From Nitrospira sp. (GTDB taxonomy: Bacteria > Nitrospirota > Nitrospiria > Nitrospirales > Nitrospiraceae): a stretch of DNA of 64,000 nucleotides. Numbering within the stretch: the first letter of the stretch is position 1; each line of letters begins with the position of its first letter. The notes under the pieces were generated by a model. It saw nothing but the letters and a program-made list of their open reading frames with translations. It was not told the DNA's origin and searched no databases. Shown in pieces: positions 37,743-48,218 of this stretch. The position numbers and the translations under genes are program-made. The stretch is from assembly GCA_035968315.1 (NCBI GenBank), contig JAVYIN010000007.1:92996-156995 (forward strand), in the 5' to 3' direction.

Positions 37743-38384
37743 TTAGATCCTTCCCTGTGGAGCCGGGTGTCCGTTGTGCGCGTGGTGAGGCTCGGCCATG
37801 CCGCGCGCGCTGAGTTCGCGCCGGACAAACAACCGCGCACGGTGGAGCCGGGATTTCACCGCGCGCTCATTGAGGCCGACGATACTGCCGACCTCTTTGG
37901 CACTGAGCCCTTCCATGTCGCGCAAGATCAGCACCATGCGGTACTTTTTCGGGAGTTTGGCAATGGCGTCGTCGAGCGCCTGGCGAAGCTGCTTGTTTTG
38001 CAGCGCTTCTTCCGGGCTGAGGCCGTCAACGGGAATCTGAAGACGAAACTCTCCCTCCGAGGTCGGGATAAACTCCTCCAGCGAGAGTTCGTGGTCCGGT
38101 TCTCCTTTGCGTTTGCGCCGCATGCGCATGCAGGCGCGCGACGCGATCGTATAGAGCCAGGTTGAGATTTGGGCGTCCCCGCGGAATGCGTGATATCCCC
38201 GGTACGCGTTGAGAAAGGTTTCCTGAACGAGGTCTTTCGCCGCTTCGGTTTCGCCGCACAGCCTGGTGGCGAACCGGTACATGAGATCGACATGATCGCG
38301 ATAGAGCGCATCGAAGCTCGCCGCCGTGCGTGAAGGATCGGCAGAGGGCCGGTCTGGACTTGTCTTGGTGGCGGAGCTGGCCAT
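37743..38384 (-). CDS. ECF-type RNA polymerase sigma-70 family factor
   Basis: Region 2 DLVQETFLNAYRGYHAF and region 4 YRMVLILRDMEGLSAKEVGSIVGLNERAVKSRLHRAR. Confidence 0.9.
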   Translation of the reverse strand: MASSATKTSPDRPSADPSRTAASFDALYRDHVDLMYRFATRLCGETEAAKDLVQETFLNAYRGYHAFRGDAQISTWLYTIASRACMRMRRKRKGEPDHELSLEEFIPTSEGEFRLQIPVDGLSPEEALQNKQLRQALDDAIAKLPKKYRMVLILRDMEGLSAKEVGSIVGLNERAVKSRLHRARLFVRRELSARGMAEPHHAHNGHPAPQGRI

Positions 38385-38441
38385 GGTATTCAGTGGAGTC
38401 TACGGAGGGAATGAAAAGCCTGTCAAGGAACGCCACGCCGG

Positions 38442-39479
38442 CTAATTGAAGCGATGAAATCCGACGACGGATCCCTGCGCGTCGAGCTCGACGGTAATGG
38501 GCGTGCCGTCCTTCGTGCCCGCCAGCGCGGATTTCCCCAGGTCGGCGGAGAAGATCTGTTCGCCTTCGGGCGTCCAGAGTTTTACGCTGGTGCGGTCCTC
38601 CGTTGCGAATTCGAGCGGTCCGGTGACAAACCGATGGGCCGGGGCTGTACGCTGGGGCGCGGACAAATCGGCGACGACATGGTGTTGATGCACATGGAGC
38701 GTCATCGTTTGGCCCACCTTGGCGTTCTTGATGCCGATTTTTGCATTGACGTTGATCACGCCGACGGGGGTTCGGAAGAAAATGAAGTTGGATTTGAGTT
38801 TGGACACGGTGCCGCTCAGCAACACATGCGCCGACGAGCCGCTCGGCGGGACTTGCCCGATTTGCAAATCGAATTGCAGATCGTGCAGGCCGATGATGGT
38901 GCCGGTGCCGTCCACTTCCACGGTGACGGGGTCGCCCTGGCGCAGGACGGTGAGCGGCGCTTCCTGATTCCCGTAGTGAAACGATTGGCTCCCCTCCGGG
39001 GTCCAGCGCGGCAATTGTTTATCCTCTCCCGTTGTGAAGGGGCCGCTCAGGTAGCGATGGACGAGCGAGCCGTCGGTTCGCTTGCGGATGTCGATGGCCA
39101 TGCTGGCGCCATGAATCCACAATGAAACCTCCTGTGATCCGCGCAGATCTTTCAAGGTCGTCTTGGAACTGAGCGTCAGGAGGCCGACCGGCGTTTTCAA
39201 AAACACGATGCCCGGCTTCGTGCGCCAGATTGACCCCTTTAGCGTGATGGACGGGTTGATTTCATCGGCATTCGCGGCGGCAGGATCGGCGGGGCGTTCG
39301 ATAGGAGGTGCGGAGGATGGCGCGGGCGAGTCTTCCGCACACACAGGAGCGACGGGGCTCAACGCGAGCGCTCCCGCCGGGCCGGCCATGATCAACAGGA
39401 TCCGCAGAACGATGTGCAGGGGTGTCATCATGGAGTCAGCCGTCGGTATTGCCGGTTTCGAGTCATTTGCGAATAACAT
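38442..39479 (-). CDS. Hypothetical secreted protein with an internal tandem duplication
   Basis: Two similar halves: FLKTPVG...HRYLSGPF...RWTPEGSQSF...PVTVEVDGTGTIIGLH versus FFRTPVG...HRFVTGPL...LWTPEGEQIF...PITVELDAQGSVVGFH. The start may be 39431 (MMTPLHIV...). Confidence 0.6.
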   Translation of the reverse strand: MLFANDSKPAIPTADSMMTPLHIVLRILLIMAGPAGALALSPVAPVCAEDSPAPSSAPPIERPADPAAANADEINPSITLKGSIWRTKPGIVFLKTPVGLLTLSSKTTLKDLRGSQEVSLWIHGASMAIDIRKRTDGSLVHRYLSGPFTTGEDKQLPRWTPEGSQSFHYGNQEAPLTVLRQGDPVTVEVDGTGTIIGLHDLQFDLQIGQVPPSGSSAHVLLSGTVSKLKSNFIFFRTPVGVINVNAKIGIKNAKVGQTMTLHVHQHHVVADLSAPQRTAPAHRFVTGPLEFATEDRTSVKLWTPEGEQIFSADLGKSALAGTKDGTPITVELDAQGSVVGFHRFN

Positions 39480-39561
39480 GTGATCGAAAGGGAGTCAAGT
39501 TCTAAGCGATCCGCCTCGTCGCACATGAGGCGGATCGTCCGGAGAATGCCTGTGCGTGCAG

Positions 39562-40875
39562 CTATTTTTTGCGCGCGAGGATGCGGATCGGGGTGCCGGA
39601 AAATCCGTAGGTGTCTCTCAGGCGGCTTTCGAGAAATTTGAGATAGGACGGCGTGATGTCTTGCGGATGCCCCACGAACAACGCGAACACCGGCGGCTTC
39701 GTGGCGACTTGCGTCATGAAGGCCGACTTGGTGACTTTGGACGGCTTGCCTTTGCGCACCGGCAGCGGATGCTGGGTGAGAATTTCCTGGAGGAATTGAT
39801 TCAGTTGTCCGGTCGGGACCCGTTTGGTGAAGGAGCCGTAGGCGGTGTCGATGTGAGGAAACAGCTGGCGCAGCGACTCGGGTTTGGCCGCGGCGCCGTA
39901 GAAGACCGGTGCCCAGGTGAGAAAGGGAAAGCGCCGGTTGAATTCCCGCTCATATTCTTTCCGCGCCTCGGCATCGCCCGCGCGGAGGTCCCACTTGTTG
40001 ACCAGGAGCGCGCACGCCCGGCCCTGCTTGAGGATGGCGCCGGCGATTTTCGTATCCTGTTCGGTCACGCCTTCCACTCCGTCGAGCAAGAGGACGGCCA
40101 CGTCGGACCGTCCGATGGCCCGGAGCGACCGCATGACGCTGTAGCCTTCGATGCCCCGGTCGATGCGTCCGCGCCGCCGGATGCCGGCGGTATCGGTGAA
40201 TATATAGCGTGTGCCGTTGTGGGTGACGAGCGAGTCGATGGGATCCCGCGTGGTGCCGGCCACATCGCTGACGACCACGCGCTCTTCCCCCAGCACGGCA
40301 TTGATCAGCGTGGATTTGCCGACGTTCGGCCGGCCGACGATGGCGATCCGGGGAAGCTGGGCGATCTCCCCCGCCTGGTCCGCGGGGGGCAGCAGCGGGT
40401 AGAGGGCATCCAGCAATTCTGACACGCCGATCCCGTGTTCGGCGGAAACCGCGTAGAGTTCGTCTTTGCCCAATCGATAAAAGTCGGCCATGAGCGGCTC
40501 GGCCTTCGGCGTATCGATCTTGTTAATCACGTAAAAGATGGGCTTGGTCACGCCGCGCAGGAGCTTCACGACCTCGTGATCCGGCGGCATCAACCCGGCC
40601 CGGCCATCCAGGACGAACAGGAGGATGTCGGCTTCCGCGATCGCCAGCTCGGACTGCCGGCGAATCAACGGCAGCATGCCATCCGAGGCGGAGAGATCGA
40701 GGCCGCCGGTATCGACCAGCCGGAATTTGCGCTCCCGATAGCTGGCGTCCGCATAGTTCCGGTCGCGCGTGACGCCCGGCACGTCATCGACGATGGCGGT
40801 CTTCACGCCGAGGATTTTGTTGAACAGCGTGGACTTGCCCACGTTCGGCCGGCCGATGATCGCCACGAGCGGCAT
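39562..40875 (-). CDS. der: Ribosome-associated GTPase Der/EngA (two GTPase domains + KH-like)
   Basis: MPLVAIIGRPNVGKSTLFN and a second P-loop IAIVGRPNVGKSTLIN. I prefer ATG 40875; the track start is 40977. Confidence 0.92.
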   Translation of the reverse strand: MPLVAIIGRPNVGKSTLFNKILGVKTAIVDDVPGVTRDRNYADASYRERKFRLVDTGGLDLSASDGMLPLIRRQSELAIAEADILLFVLDGRAGLMPPDHEVVKLLRGVTKPIFYVINKIDTPKAEPLMADFYRLGKDELYAVSAEHGIGVSELLDALYPLLPPADQAGEIAQLPRIAIVGRPNVGKSTLINAVLGEERVVVSDVAGTTRDPIDSLVTHNGTRYIFTDTAGIRRRGRIDRGIEGYSVMRSLRAIGRSDVAVLLLDGVEGVTEQDTKIAGAILKQGRACALLVNKWDLRAGDAEARKEYEREFNRRFPFLTWAPVFYGAAAKPESLRQLFPHIDTAYGSFTKRVPTGQLNQFLQEILTQHPLPVRKGKPSKVTKSAFMTQVATKPPVFALFVGHPQDITPSYLKFLESRLRDTYGFSGTPIRILARKK

Positions 40876-41023
40876 CGGAGCATCGGAGCGAAAAGGCAGG
40901 GCATTCGTCGTCGTAATGGAGTCGCGTTTGGTTCTCATAGGTAGTTTGGACCGTATCACACAGGTTTTCCCCAGCACAACAGGCCTCGCCGCTTCCGGCC
41001 AGCTCAGGTATACTGAAATTCCA

Positions 41024-41731
41024 ATGGCTCGTCACCCCTCAGGCATCACTGATCACTCGATCGATTGGTCCCGAATCGACGATGTGCTGCTCGATATGGA
41101 CGGCACGTTGCTGGACCGGCATTTCGACAATTTCTTCTTCGAGGAAGAGCTGCCGCGCCGGTATGCGGCGCTCCACCGCCTTACCTTCGAAGAATCGCGC
41201 GACCGGCTGATGGCCATGTACCGCTCCGTGGAAGGCGAACTCGCCTGGACCGATCTGCATTACTGGACCGAGCGCGTGGGGATCGACGTCGTGGCCTTGC
41301 ATCGCGAGCTGGATCACATGATCGGGTTTCTGCCGGGGGCGGAAGAATTCCTGCTGGATCTCCGGCGGCTGGGGAAGCGCGTGACGATTGTCACGAATGC
41401 GCATGAGGCGGGGGTGTCGGTGAAGGCCGCCAAGACCGGCCTCGACCGGCACGTGGATCGCATCATCGACGCATTCGAGGTCGGCTATCTCAAGATGCGG
41501 CCGGAATACTGGCCGGCCTGCCAGCGGCTGCTGGGGTTCGACCCGGCACGGTCACTCTATGTCGATGACGACGAGGGCTGTCTCTCCGCCGCACGGCAGT
41601 TCGGCCTTGGGCACATTGTCCATAGCGCCAAGTCCAGTTCCCAACTGCCGCCCGTGGCGGCGCCGGGGTTCCCCTCGGTCGAGAGCATGATGGCCTTGCT
41701 CAACGGGCATCCGGGCTCTCAGGGGCGTTGA
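41024..41731 (+). CDS. HAD-superfamily hydrolase (nucleotidase-like)
   Basis: VLLDMDGTLLD, IVTNAH and YVDDDEG motifs. ATG 41024 is chosen; the track start 40769 would overlap der. Confidence 0.7.
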   Translation: MARHPSGITDHSIDWSRIDDVLLDMDGTLLDRHFDNFFFEEELPRRYAALHRLTFEESRDRLMAMYRSVEGELAWTDLHYWTERVGIDVVALHRELDHMIGFLPGAEEFLLDLRRLGKRVTIVTNAHEAGVSVKAAKTGLDRHVDRIIDAFEVGYLKMRPEYWPACQRLLGFDPARSLYVDDDEGCLSAARQFGLGHIVHSAKSSSQLPPVAAPGFPSVESMMALLNGHPGSQGR

Positions 41732-42341
41732 CGACGGCCGTGCCCCGGTACATCGTCCCGCCGATGCGCGGCACGGACTCCATCGTGAACCGATCCAGGT
41801 GCGTGAGGGTGAGCTCGGCTTCCGTGATGAGCCGGTCGATCGGGCGGTTCAAGTGGCAGCCGCAGCCCAGCACCTTCTGAATCGGGTTCAGGCGATCCTG
41901 CCAGACGGCGATCCGTCGATCGTCGCTTTGCCCATGTTCCAGAAAGAAAAAGGTCCCATCCGGCTTGAGCACGCGGCGGATTTCTCGAAGCGCGGCGAGG
42001 GGGTCGGGGATGGTGCAGAGGGTCCAGGTGCTCACCACGCAGTCGAACATCCCGTCCTCATATGGAAGCCGTTCGGCGCTGATGCGGGCCACTTCGATCG
42101 GGAACGGCAGGGCCGCGCTCCGTTCCGCGAGACGATCGGGCAGCAGGGGGGCGGGATCCACCGCGCGCAACGACGAGACGGCGCCGGGATAGTGCGGCAG
42201 ATTCAGTCCGGTTCCCAGGCCGATTTCCAGCACGTGCCCATGCGCTGTTTGCAACAGCGCCGCCCGGAGTTGTTGAAACTCCGTTCCGCTCATGAGCCGG
42301 TCCATGAGCCGGGGGAAGATGTAGCGGCTGTAGAGTCCCAT
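41700..42341 (-). CDS. Class I SAM-dependent methyltransferase
   Basis: VLEIGLGTGLN (motif I) and FDCVVSTWTLC. Its 3' end overlaps the convergent HAD gene by 32 nt. Confidence 0.8.
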   Translation of the reverse strand: MGLYSRYIFPRLMDRLMSGTEFQQLRAALLQTAHGHVLEIGLGTGLNLPHYPGAVSSLRAVDPAPLLPDRLAERSAALPFPIEVARISAERLPYEDGMFDCVVSTWTLCTIPDPLAALREIRRVLKPDGTFFFLEHGQSDDRRIAVWQDRLNPIQKVLGCGCHLNRPIDRLITEAELTLTHLDRFTMESVPRIGGTMYRGTAVVNAPESPDAR

Positions 42342-42467
42342 GGGGAGGCCCAGTATACCAAACCCGGTGTGCCGCAGCCCGCCGCCAATCTTGTGACGCT
42401 AGGGGGGCTGTGTTAGAGTCCTGCGTCGTTTTCTACCGCCCATTCATGACCGGACGATTATGAGCTT

Positions 42468-44903
42468 ATGAGCAAAGGGTACGATCATCACGCCATTGAG
42501 TCGAAGTGGCAGGCCTACTGGGAAGAACATCGCCCGTTTCGAGCCCTGGACGACTCCTCGAAGCCCAAGTATTACTGCCTCGACATGTTTCCCTATCCCT
42601 CGGGATCCGGCCTCCACGTCGGACATCTCGAAGGCTATACGGCGACGGACATTGTCTCGCGCTATAAACGGATGCGGGGCTTCAATGTGCTGCATCCGAT
42701 GGGCTGGGATGCGTTCGGCCTGCCGGCCGAGCAATATGCGGTGAAGACCGGCGTGCATCCGGCCCTTACCACCGCGCAAAACATCGCCACGTTCAAACGG
42801 CAAATGAAACGGGTGGGGCTCTCCTATGACTGGGAGCGGGAGATCAGCACCACCGACCAGGACTATTACCGCTGGACGCAATGGATCTTCCTTCAGCTCT
42901 ACAAGCGCGGCTTGGCTTATGTGGCCGAAGTGCCGGTGAACTGGTGCCCGTCGCTGGGCACGGTGCTGGCGAACGAAGAAATCGTGGATGGCAAGAGCGA
43001 AGTCGGCGGGTTCGACGTCATTCGCAAGCCCATGCGCCAGTGGGTCCTGAAGATCACGGCCTACGCCGACCGTTTGCTGGAAGACTTGAAACTGGTGGAG
43101 TGGCCCCCCAGCACGCTGGAGATGCAAAAGAATTGGATCGGCCGTTCCATCGGCGCGGAAGTGGATTTTGCCCTGGCCGACACCAACGGCGCGATCCGGG
43201 TCTTTACCACCAGACCGGACACCCTCTTTGGCGCGACCTATATGGTGTTGGCGCCCGAGCATCCACTGGTCGAGGTCGTGACCAGCGCGTCGCAGAAGGC
43301 GGCAATCTCGGCCTATCGTGACGCCGCCGCGCGCAAGAGCGATTTGCAGCGGACCGAACTCGACAAGGAAAAGACCGGCTGCTTCACCGGAGGGTACGCG
43401 ATCAATCCGGTCAACGGCGAGCGGCTGCCGATCTGGATCGCCGATTACGTCCTCATGAGTTACGGCACCGGCGCGATCATGGCGGTGCCGGCGCACGACG
43501 AACGGGACTGGGCCTTTGCCAAAGCCTATCAGCTGCCCATTCGAGAAGTGATTCAGGGCGGTCATGTCCACGAAGCGGCGTTCGTGGCGACGGATCGCGG
43601 CACGGTCGTGAATTCCGTCTCGGCCGACGGGGCGCTCTCGCTCAACGGCATGAAGCCGGCCGACGCCATTCCGGTGATCACGGCCTGGCTGGAACAGCGC
43701 GGCAAGGGCAAAAAAGCCATCAACTACAAGCTGCGCGACTGGCTCTTTGCCCGCCAGCGCTACTGGGGTGAACCGTTTCCGATCATCTGGGTGGATGGCG
43801 AATCCCGTCCCTTGCCTGAAGAACAGTTGCCCCTGATTTTGCCGGAGACCAGCAACTTCAAGCCCTCCGGATCGGGCGAAAGCCCTCTGGCGAATTTGGA
43901 AGACTGGCTGGTGACGACCGATCCCGCCACCGGGAAGCCGGCCCGGCGGGAAACGAATACGATGCCGCAGTGGGCCGGATCCTGCTGGTACTACCTCCGC
44001 TTCATCGATCCGAAGAATCAGGCGCAGCTCGTCGATCCGGCCAAAGAACACTATTGGATGCCGGTGGATCTCTACGTCGGCGGCAGCGAGCATGCGGTGC
44101 TGCATCTGCTCTATTCCCGATTCTGGCACAAGGTGCTGCACGACATCGGAGTGGTGAGCACGCCGGAGCCTTTCAAAAAGCTGGTCCATCAAGGCATTGT
44201 GCTCGGCGAGGACAATCAGAAAATGTCCAAGTCGCGCGGCAACGTCGTGAATCCCGACGAGATGATGGACCAGTTCGGCGCCGATGCGGTGCGGCTCTAC
44301 GAAATGTTCATGGGCCCGCTGGAGGCCATGAAGCCCTGGAGCAGCAGAGGCGTGGATGGGATTACCCGCTTTTTGGAGCGGGTGTGGCGCCTCATGGTCA
44401 CGGAAGAGGGCGAGGTCTCTCCGTCGGTCGTGTCTTCGGCGCCCAGCCTCGAGCAGCAGCGCCTGTTGCACCAGACGATCAAGAAGGTGACGGAAGATAT
44501 CGAAGAGCTCCATTTCAATACGGCCATCGCGCAGATGATGGTGTTCACGAACGAGATGACCAAGGCCGAGCAGCGGCCACGAGCCTTGCTGGAGCCGTTT
44601 GTGTTGCTTCTCTCGCCCTTTGCGCCGCATGTCGCCGAAGAGCTCTGGGGGATCCTTGGGCATCGGCCGAGCGTCTCGCAGCAGCCCTGGCCGATGTTCG
44701 ATCCGGCGCTCACGGTGAGCGACCGGCTGACGATCCCGGTTCAAGTGAACGGCAAGCTGCGCGGCAAGATCGACGTGGCGGCGGATGTGTCGCGCGAGGC
44801 GATTGAGCGCGCGTCTCGTGAAGTCGTGGCCGAATGGCTGCAGGGGAAAGAGCCGAAAAAGGTGATCTACGTCGAAAAGAAGCTGATGAACTTCGTAGTG
44901 TAG
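42468..44903 (+). CDS. leuS: Leucine--tRNA ligase
   Basis: [12 protein letters not shown] (HIGH) and KMSKSRGN (KMSKS); 811 aa. Confidence 0.95.
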   Translation: MSKGYDHHAIESKWQAYWEEHRPFRALDDSSKPKYYCLDMFPYPSGSGLHVGHLEGYTATDIVSRYKRMRGFNVLHPMGWDAFGLPAEQYAVKTGVHPALTTAQNIATFKRQMKRVGLSYDWEREISTTDQDYYRWTQWIFLQLYKRGLAYVAEVPVNWCPSLGTVLANEEIVDGKSEVGGFDVIRKPMRQWVLKITAYADRLLEDLKLVEWPPSTLEMQKNWIGRSIGAEVDFALADTNGAIRVFTTRPDTLFGATYMVLAPEHPLVEVVTSASQKAAISAYRDAAARKSDLQRTELDKEKTGCFTGGYAINPVNGERLPIWIADYVLMSYGTGAIMAVPAHDERDWAFAKAYQLPIREVIQGGHVHEAAFVATDRGTVVNSVSADGALSLNGMKPADAIPVITAWLEQRGKGKKAINYKLRDWLFARQRYWGEPFPIIWVDGESRPLPEEQLPLILPETSNFKPSGSGESPLANLEDWLVTTDPATGKPARRETNTMPQWAGSCWYYLRFIDPKNQAQLVDPAKEHYWMPVDLYVGGSEHAVLHLLYSRFWHKVLHDIGVVSTPEPFKKLVHQGIVLGEDNQKMSKSRGNVVNPDEMMDQFGADAVRLYEMFMGPLEAMKPWSSRGVDGITRFLERVWRLMVTEEGEVSPSVVSSAPSLEQQRLLHQTIKKVTEDIEELHFNTAIAQMMVFTNEMTKAEQRPRALLEPFVLLLSPFAPHVAEELWGILGHRPSVSQQPWPMFDPALTVSDRLTIPVQVNGKLRGKIDVAADVSREAIERASREVVAEWLQGKEPKKVIYVEKKLMNFVV

Positions 44904-44940
44904 AGAGGAGGCTCCTCTTCTTTCCATATTCTAAAAGAGG

Positions 44941-45246
44941 ATGCATTCAATGGCGGAGATCCATGCAATTCAGCGCGCCCTAAAAAAGATAAGACTGCGT
45001 GCCCGGTTACATTGGATCACATTGTGTGGCGGGCTTGTGTCAGCGCTTTTGCTTATCCCGGTCAGCATCGCGGCCGCGAAAGTGGCCGGACTGGTGTGGG
45101 TGATCTTGAGTATTGCAACATGGATGTCGCCAATGATGAGTGTGTGTCCGAGTTGCCACAAATCTTTTTTTAAAGGGCCCTTTCCCTCTGTCTGGGCCTT
45201 GAGTAAATGTGCGAATTGCGGAATGGGTCTTGATGGAGGAGCCTAA
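44941..45246 (+). CDS. Hypothetical membrane protein with a C-terminal CxxC...CxxC
   Basis: 101-aa ORF with two hydrophobic helices. CPSCHK...CANCG. It is AT-richer than leuS and lptE. Confidence 0.45.
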   Translation: MHSMAEIHAIQRALKKIRLRARLHWITLCGGLVSALLLIPVSIAAAKVAGLVWVILSIATWMSPMMSVCPSCHKSFFKGPFPSVWALSKCANCGMGLDGGA

Positions 45247-45301
45247 GAGGAATGCCCCATTCCATGTCGAATATTAGGCGAAAACTTGTTGCAATGCGGG
45301 A

Positions 45302-45949
45302 ATGAGGATGCTGCACCGAACGATCTCAATCCAGATGGTGATTCTCATTCTGGCCTCAGTTTTATCCGGTTGCGGCTATCAATTCCGCGTGGAAGGCGCC
45401 GGTCCGACCATCGGCGGGACCACGGCGAAGGTGTCCGAAGTGCCCCCGCCACGGCTGGTGATCCGGACGTTGGAAAATAAGAGTTTTGAGCCCAATCTGG
45501 AAACCCGCTATACGAATTATCTGCGGCGCGAATTCTCCTCTGGAAGCGGCGCACAAGTGGTGCCCGATTCCGAGGCGGCCGATCTCGTCCTGACCGGGCA
45601 GATCCTGTCGGTGAGCGTGCCCACCTTAAGTTTCAGTCTCACGCCGACGCCGGGGAATACCACGGGATCGGCGACGACCATGGAAAGCCGGACGGAAGTC
45701 ACCGTCGTCGTCAAAGTGGAAGAGACCCGGACGAAAAAAATGGTCTGGATGCAGATCGCCAAAGGGTCGTCGGAATTTTATATCACTCCCGATCTGCAAT
45801 TTAACCGCGCGCTGCAAAACCGCGCTCTGGAGCAGGCGGGCCGCTTTGTCGCCGAAGATTTGGCTTCGCGGTTTCTCCTGCAGCTGGAATCCGGCGGGCT
45901 GAAGAAGCCGGGTGCTGTCGATCCGGCCGTTGCGCCGGATACAAAATAA
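45302..45949 (+). CDS. lptE: LPS-assembly lipoprotein LptE
   Basis: Lipobox LSGCGYQFR (compare GCGFHLR in LptE). It holds the conserved position between leuS and holA. Confidence 0.75.
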   Translation: MRMLHRTISIQMVILILASVLSGCGYQFRVEGAGPTIGGTTAKVSEVPPPRLVIRTLENKSFEPNLETRYTNYLRREFSSGSGAQVVPDSEAADLVLTGQILSVSVPTLSFSLTPTPGNTTGSATTMESRTEVTVVVKVEETRTKKMVWMQIAKGSSEFYITPDLQFNRALQNRALEQAGRFVAEDLASRFLLQLESGGLKKPGAVDPAVAPDTK

Positions 45950-45965
45950 GACTCGCACAGGATCT

Positions 45966-47078
45966 ATGGGAACGGCCGTCAATCCGACACAATTGCAATC
46001 CGTGCTCAAGCAAGGGCCGCCCGCGCCGCTCTATCTTGTGGTGGGGGAAGAGGATTTGCTGCGCGACGAAGCCGTCGCCACGCTCAAGGCCGCGCTGCTG
46101 GGCGAAGGCGGCGAATTCAATTTCGACCTATTCTATGGCGACGAAGCGGAGGGGTCGGAGATTCTCAATTGCGCGTCGGAAGTGCCGGTGTTTGCCGAGC
46201 GCCGGGTGGTGCTGGTGAAGACCGCTGAGAAACTGCCGGCCCGCGAAGCGGAGAAGCTCCTGGCCTATCTGGCGGCGCCGGTCGAGAGCACGACGCTGGT
46301 GTTTGTGGCCGTGAAACTGGACGGACGGCTGAAGTTTTCCCAGGCGCTCACGCGCGCGGCGGTGACGGTCGATTGCTCGCCGCTGCGGGACGTGCAGGTG
46401 GGGCCCTGGCTGGGCCGTGACGCGCAGCGGCTGGGGTTGCGGCTGGATGAGAAGGCGGTCGAGGTATTGAAGGAAACCTGCGGCGGCTCGCTGTATGCGG
46501 CGCGCCGTGAGATGGAGAAGCTCGCGTCGTATGTCGCGCCTGACCGTCCCGCGACGGCCGACGATGTGTATCAGCTGCGGGGCGTCGAGCCCGGCGCGTC
46601 GGTCTTCGATCTGACGCTGGCGATCGCCGATGGACAGCGCGGGCGTGTGCTGTCAATTCTGGCGAGGAATTTGGAGGCGGGTGAAGCGCCGCTCCGCATC
46701 CTGGGATCGCTGGCCTGGCAGTATCGCCGGATCTGGAAAGTGAAGGAGCAGATTCGTGAAGGGGGCCGTGAAGGCGAGGCCGCGCGGACGTTGCGGATGG
46801 ATCCGCTGAAAGTGCGGGCGTTCCTCAGCCGGTTTTCCGAGGCGCATCTTCAGAACGCAATGCGGCTGTTTCTGGAAGCGGATGGGCAGCTCAAGGGAGG
46901 CAGCAGCGGCCAGCCCAAGCTCACGATGGAGCGGGTGTTATTGCAGCTGTGCCGGTTTGCGACGGGCGGAGCGCCGACCGATGCCCCGCGCCGACCACCG
47001 GCCCCAAGCGGGCGGGGATCGGCGCGAGTGGTCTCGAATGTCAGGACGATTACGAGCGGGACGCGGTCAGGCCATTGA
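45966..47078 (+). CDS. holA: DNA polymerase III subunit delta
   Basis: PLYLVVGEEDLLRDEA and the position after lptE. ATG 45966 is chosen; the track start is 45912. Confidence 0.85.
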   Translation: MGTAVNPTQLQSVLKQGPPAPLYLVVGEEDLLRDEAVATLKAALLGEGGEFNFDLFYGDEAEGSEILNCASEVPVFAERRVVLVKTAEKLPAREAEKLLAYLAAPVESTTLVFVAVKLDGRLKFSQALTRAAVTVDCSPLRDVQVGPWLGRDAQRLGLRLDEKAVEVLKETCGGSLYAARREMEKLASYVAPDRPATADDVYQLRGVEPGASVFDLTLAIADGQRGRVLSILARNLEAGEAPLRILGSLAWQYRRIWKVKEQIREGGREGEAARTLRMDPLKVRAFLSRFSEAHLQNAMRLFLEADGQLKGGSSGQPKLTMERVLLQLCRFATGGAPTDAPRRPPAPSGRGSARVVSNVRTITSGTRSGH

Positions 47079-47328
47079 CATGCTGGGTCAAGCGAGACAC
47101 ACGACGGGACGCGGTATTGGGCTTGAGGGCGCCCTTCGTCACGGCCTTGCTGATCGCCGAGGTGGCGCTGCGCAGGGCGGTCTTGGCGTCATCCGCTTTG
47201 TTCTCGGCCACGGCCGTTTGAACCTTCTTGACCAGCGTCTTCACCGCGCTCATGATGGCGTGGTTGCGCTTGTGCCGGAGTTCGGCCCGGCGGGCTTGTC
47301 GAATCGTCGATTTGTGAACGATAGGCAT
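47050..47328 (-). CDS. rpsT: 30S ribosomal protein S20
   Basis: MPIVHKSTIRQARRAELRHKRNHAIMSAVKTLVKKV... (92 aa). The track ORF (to 47988) is an upstream read-through. Confidence 0.9.
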   Translation of the reverse strand: MPIVHKSTIRQARRAELRHKRNHAIMSAVKTLVKKVQTAVAENKADDAKTALRSATSAISKAVTKGALKPNTASRRVSRLTQHVNGLTASRS

Positions 47329-47421
47329 TATAGAATCCTCCAAAAAGAATGAGCTTTGTAGCATAGAAACCAGCGCAGCGTCAAGAATGCGCGGGGATTG
47401 TCGTGAGTGAGGAGATTGTCC

Positions 47422-48135
47422 ATGGGAAAAATCATCGCACGTGACCGGCTCATTTTTGCGCTCGATGTGCCGTCCGCGGCCGAAGCCGAGCGGCTGCTGG
47501 ATCGGCTGCAGGGCCACATTTCGTTCGTGAAAATCGGACTGGAGCTGTATACCGCCGCGGGGCCGGACATGATCAAGCGGGTGCTTGATCGCAATATGCG
47601 GGTCTTCCTCGATCTGAAATTTCTCGATATCGAAGAAACCGTCCGCCGCGCCACCGCGCGGGTCGCCGCCATGGGCGTCGACTTTCTCACGGTCCATGCC
47701 AACCGCAAGGCGCTGACCGCGGCGGTGCAGGGACGCGAGGGCTCCTCTCTGAAATTGCTGGCCGTCACCGTGCTGACGAACTTCGACAGCCACGACCTGC
47801 GTGAAATGGGCATCCAGCGGACGGTGCAGGACTTGGTGACTGCGCGGGCGCTCCTGGCCTCGGAAGTGGGGTGCGACGGCGTCGTCGCGTCCGGCGAAGA
47901 GCCGGCGGCGATCCGGCAGAAAGTCGGGCCTCGTTTCGTCATCGTCACGCCCGGCGTGCGGCCGGCTGGAAAAGGCGTGGATGACCATGCACGGGCAACC
48001 ACGCCGACGCAGACCATCGCGGCCGGAGCCGATTACCTGGTCATCGGCCGGCCCATACGAGACGCGGCCGATCCTTCCGCGACCGTGACGGAGATTGTGA
48101 ACGAGATGCAGGCCGCCTTCGACGCACGGGGATAG
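47422..48135 (+). CDS. pyrF: Orotidine 5'-phosphate decarboxylase
   Basis: LIFALDV, VKIGLEL, FLDLKFLDI and VIGRPI motifs. Confidence 0.9.
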   Translation: MGKIIARDRLIFALDVPSAAEAERLLDRLQGHISFVKIGLELYTAAGPDMIKRVLDRNMRVFLDLKFLDIEETVRRATARVAAMGVDFLTVHANRKALTAAVQGREGSSLKLLAVTVLTNFDSHDLREMGIQRTVQDLVTARALLASEVGCDGVVASGEEPAAIRQKVGPRFVIVTPGVRPAGKGVDDHARATTPTQTIAAGADYLVIGRPIRDAADPSATVTEIVNEMQAAFDARG

Positions 48136-48218
48136 CCCGAAGTCGGTCTGGTTGCGGGGCCTTACTCCTCTTTGCTAAGATCCCCCCTTCCACAGTGCTT
48201 CCAAGTCTCTCCCTGCAT

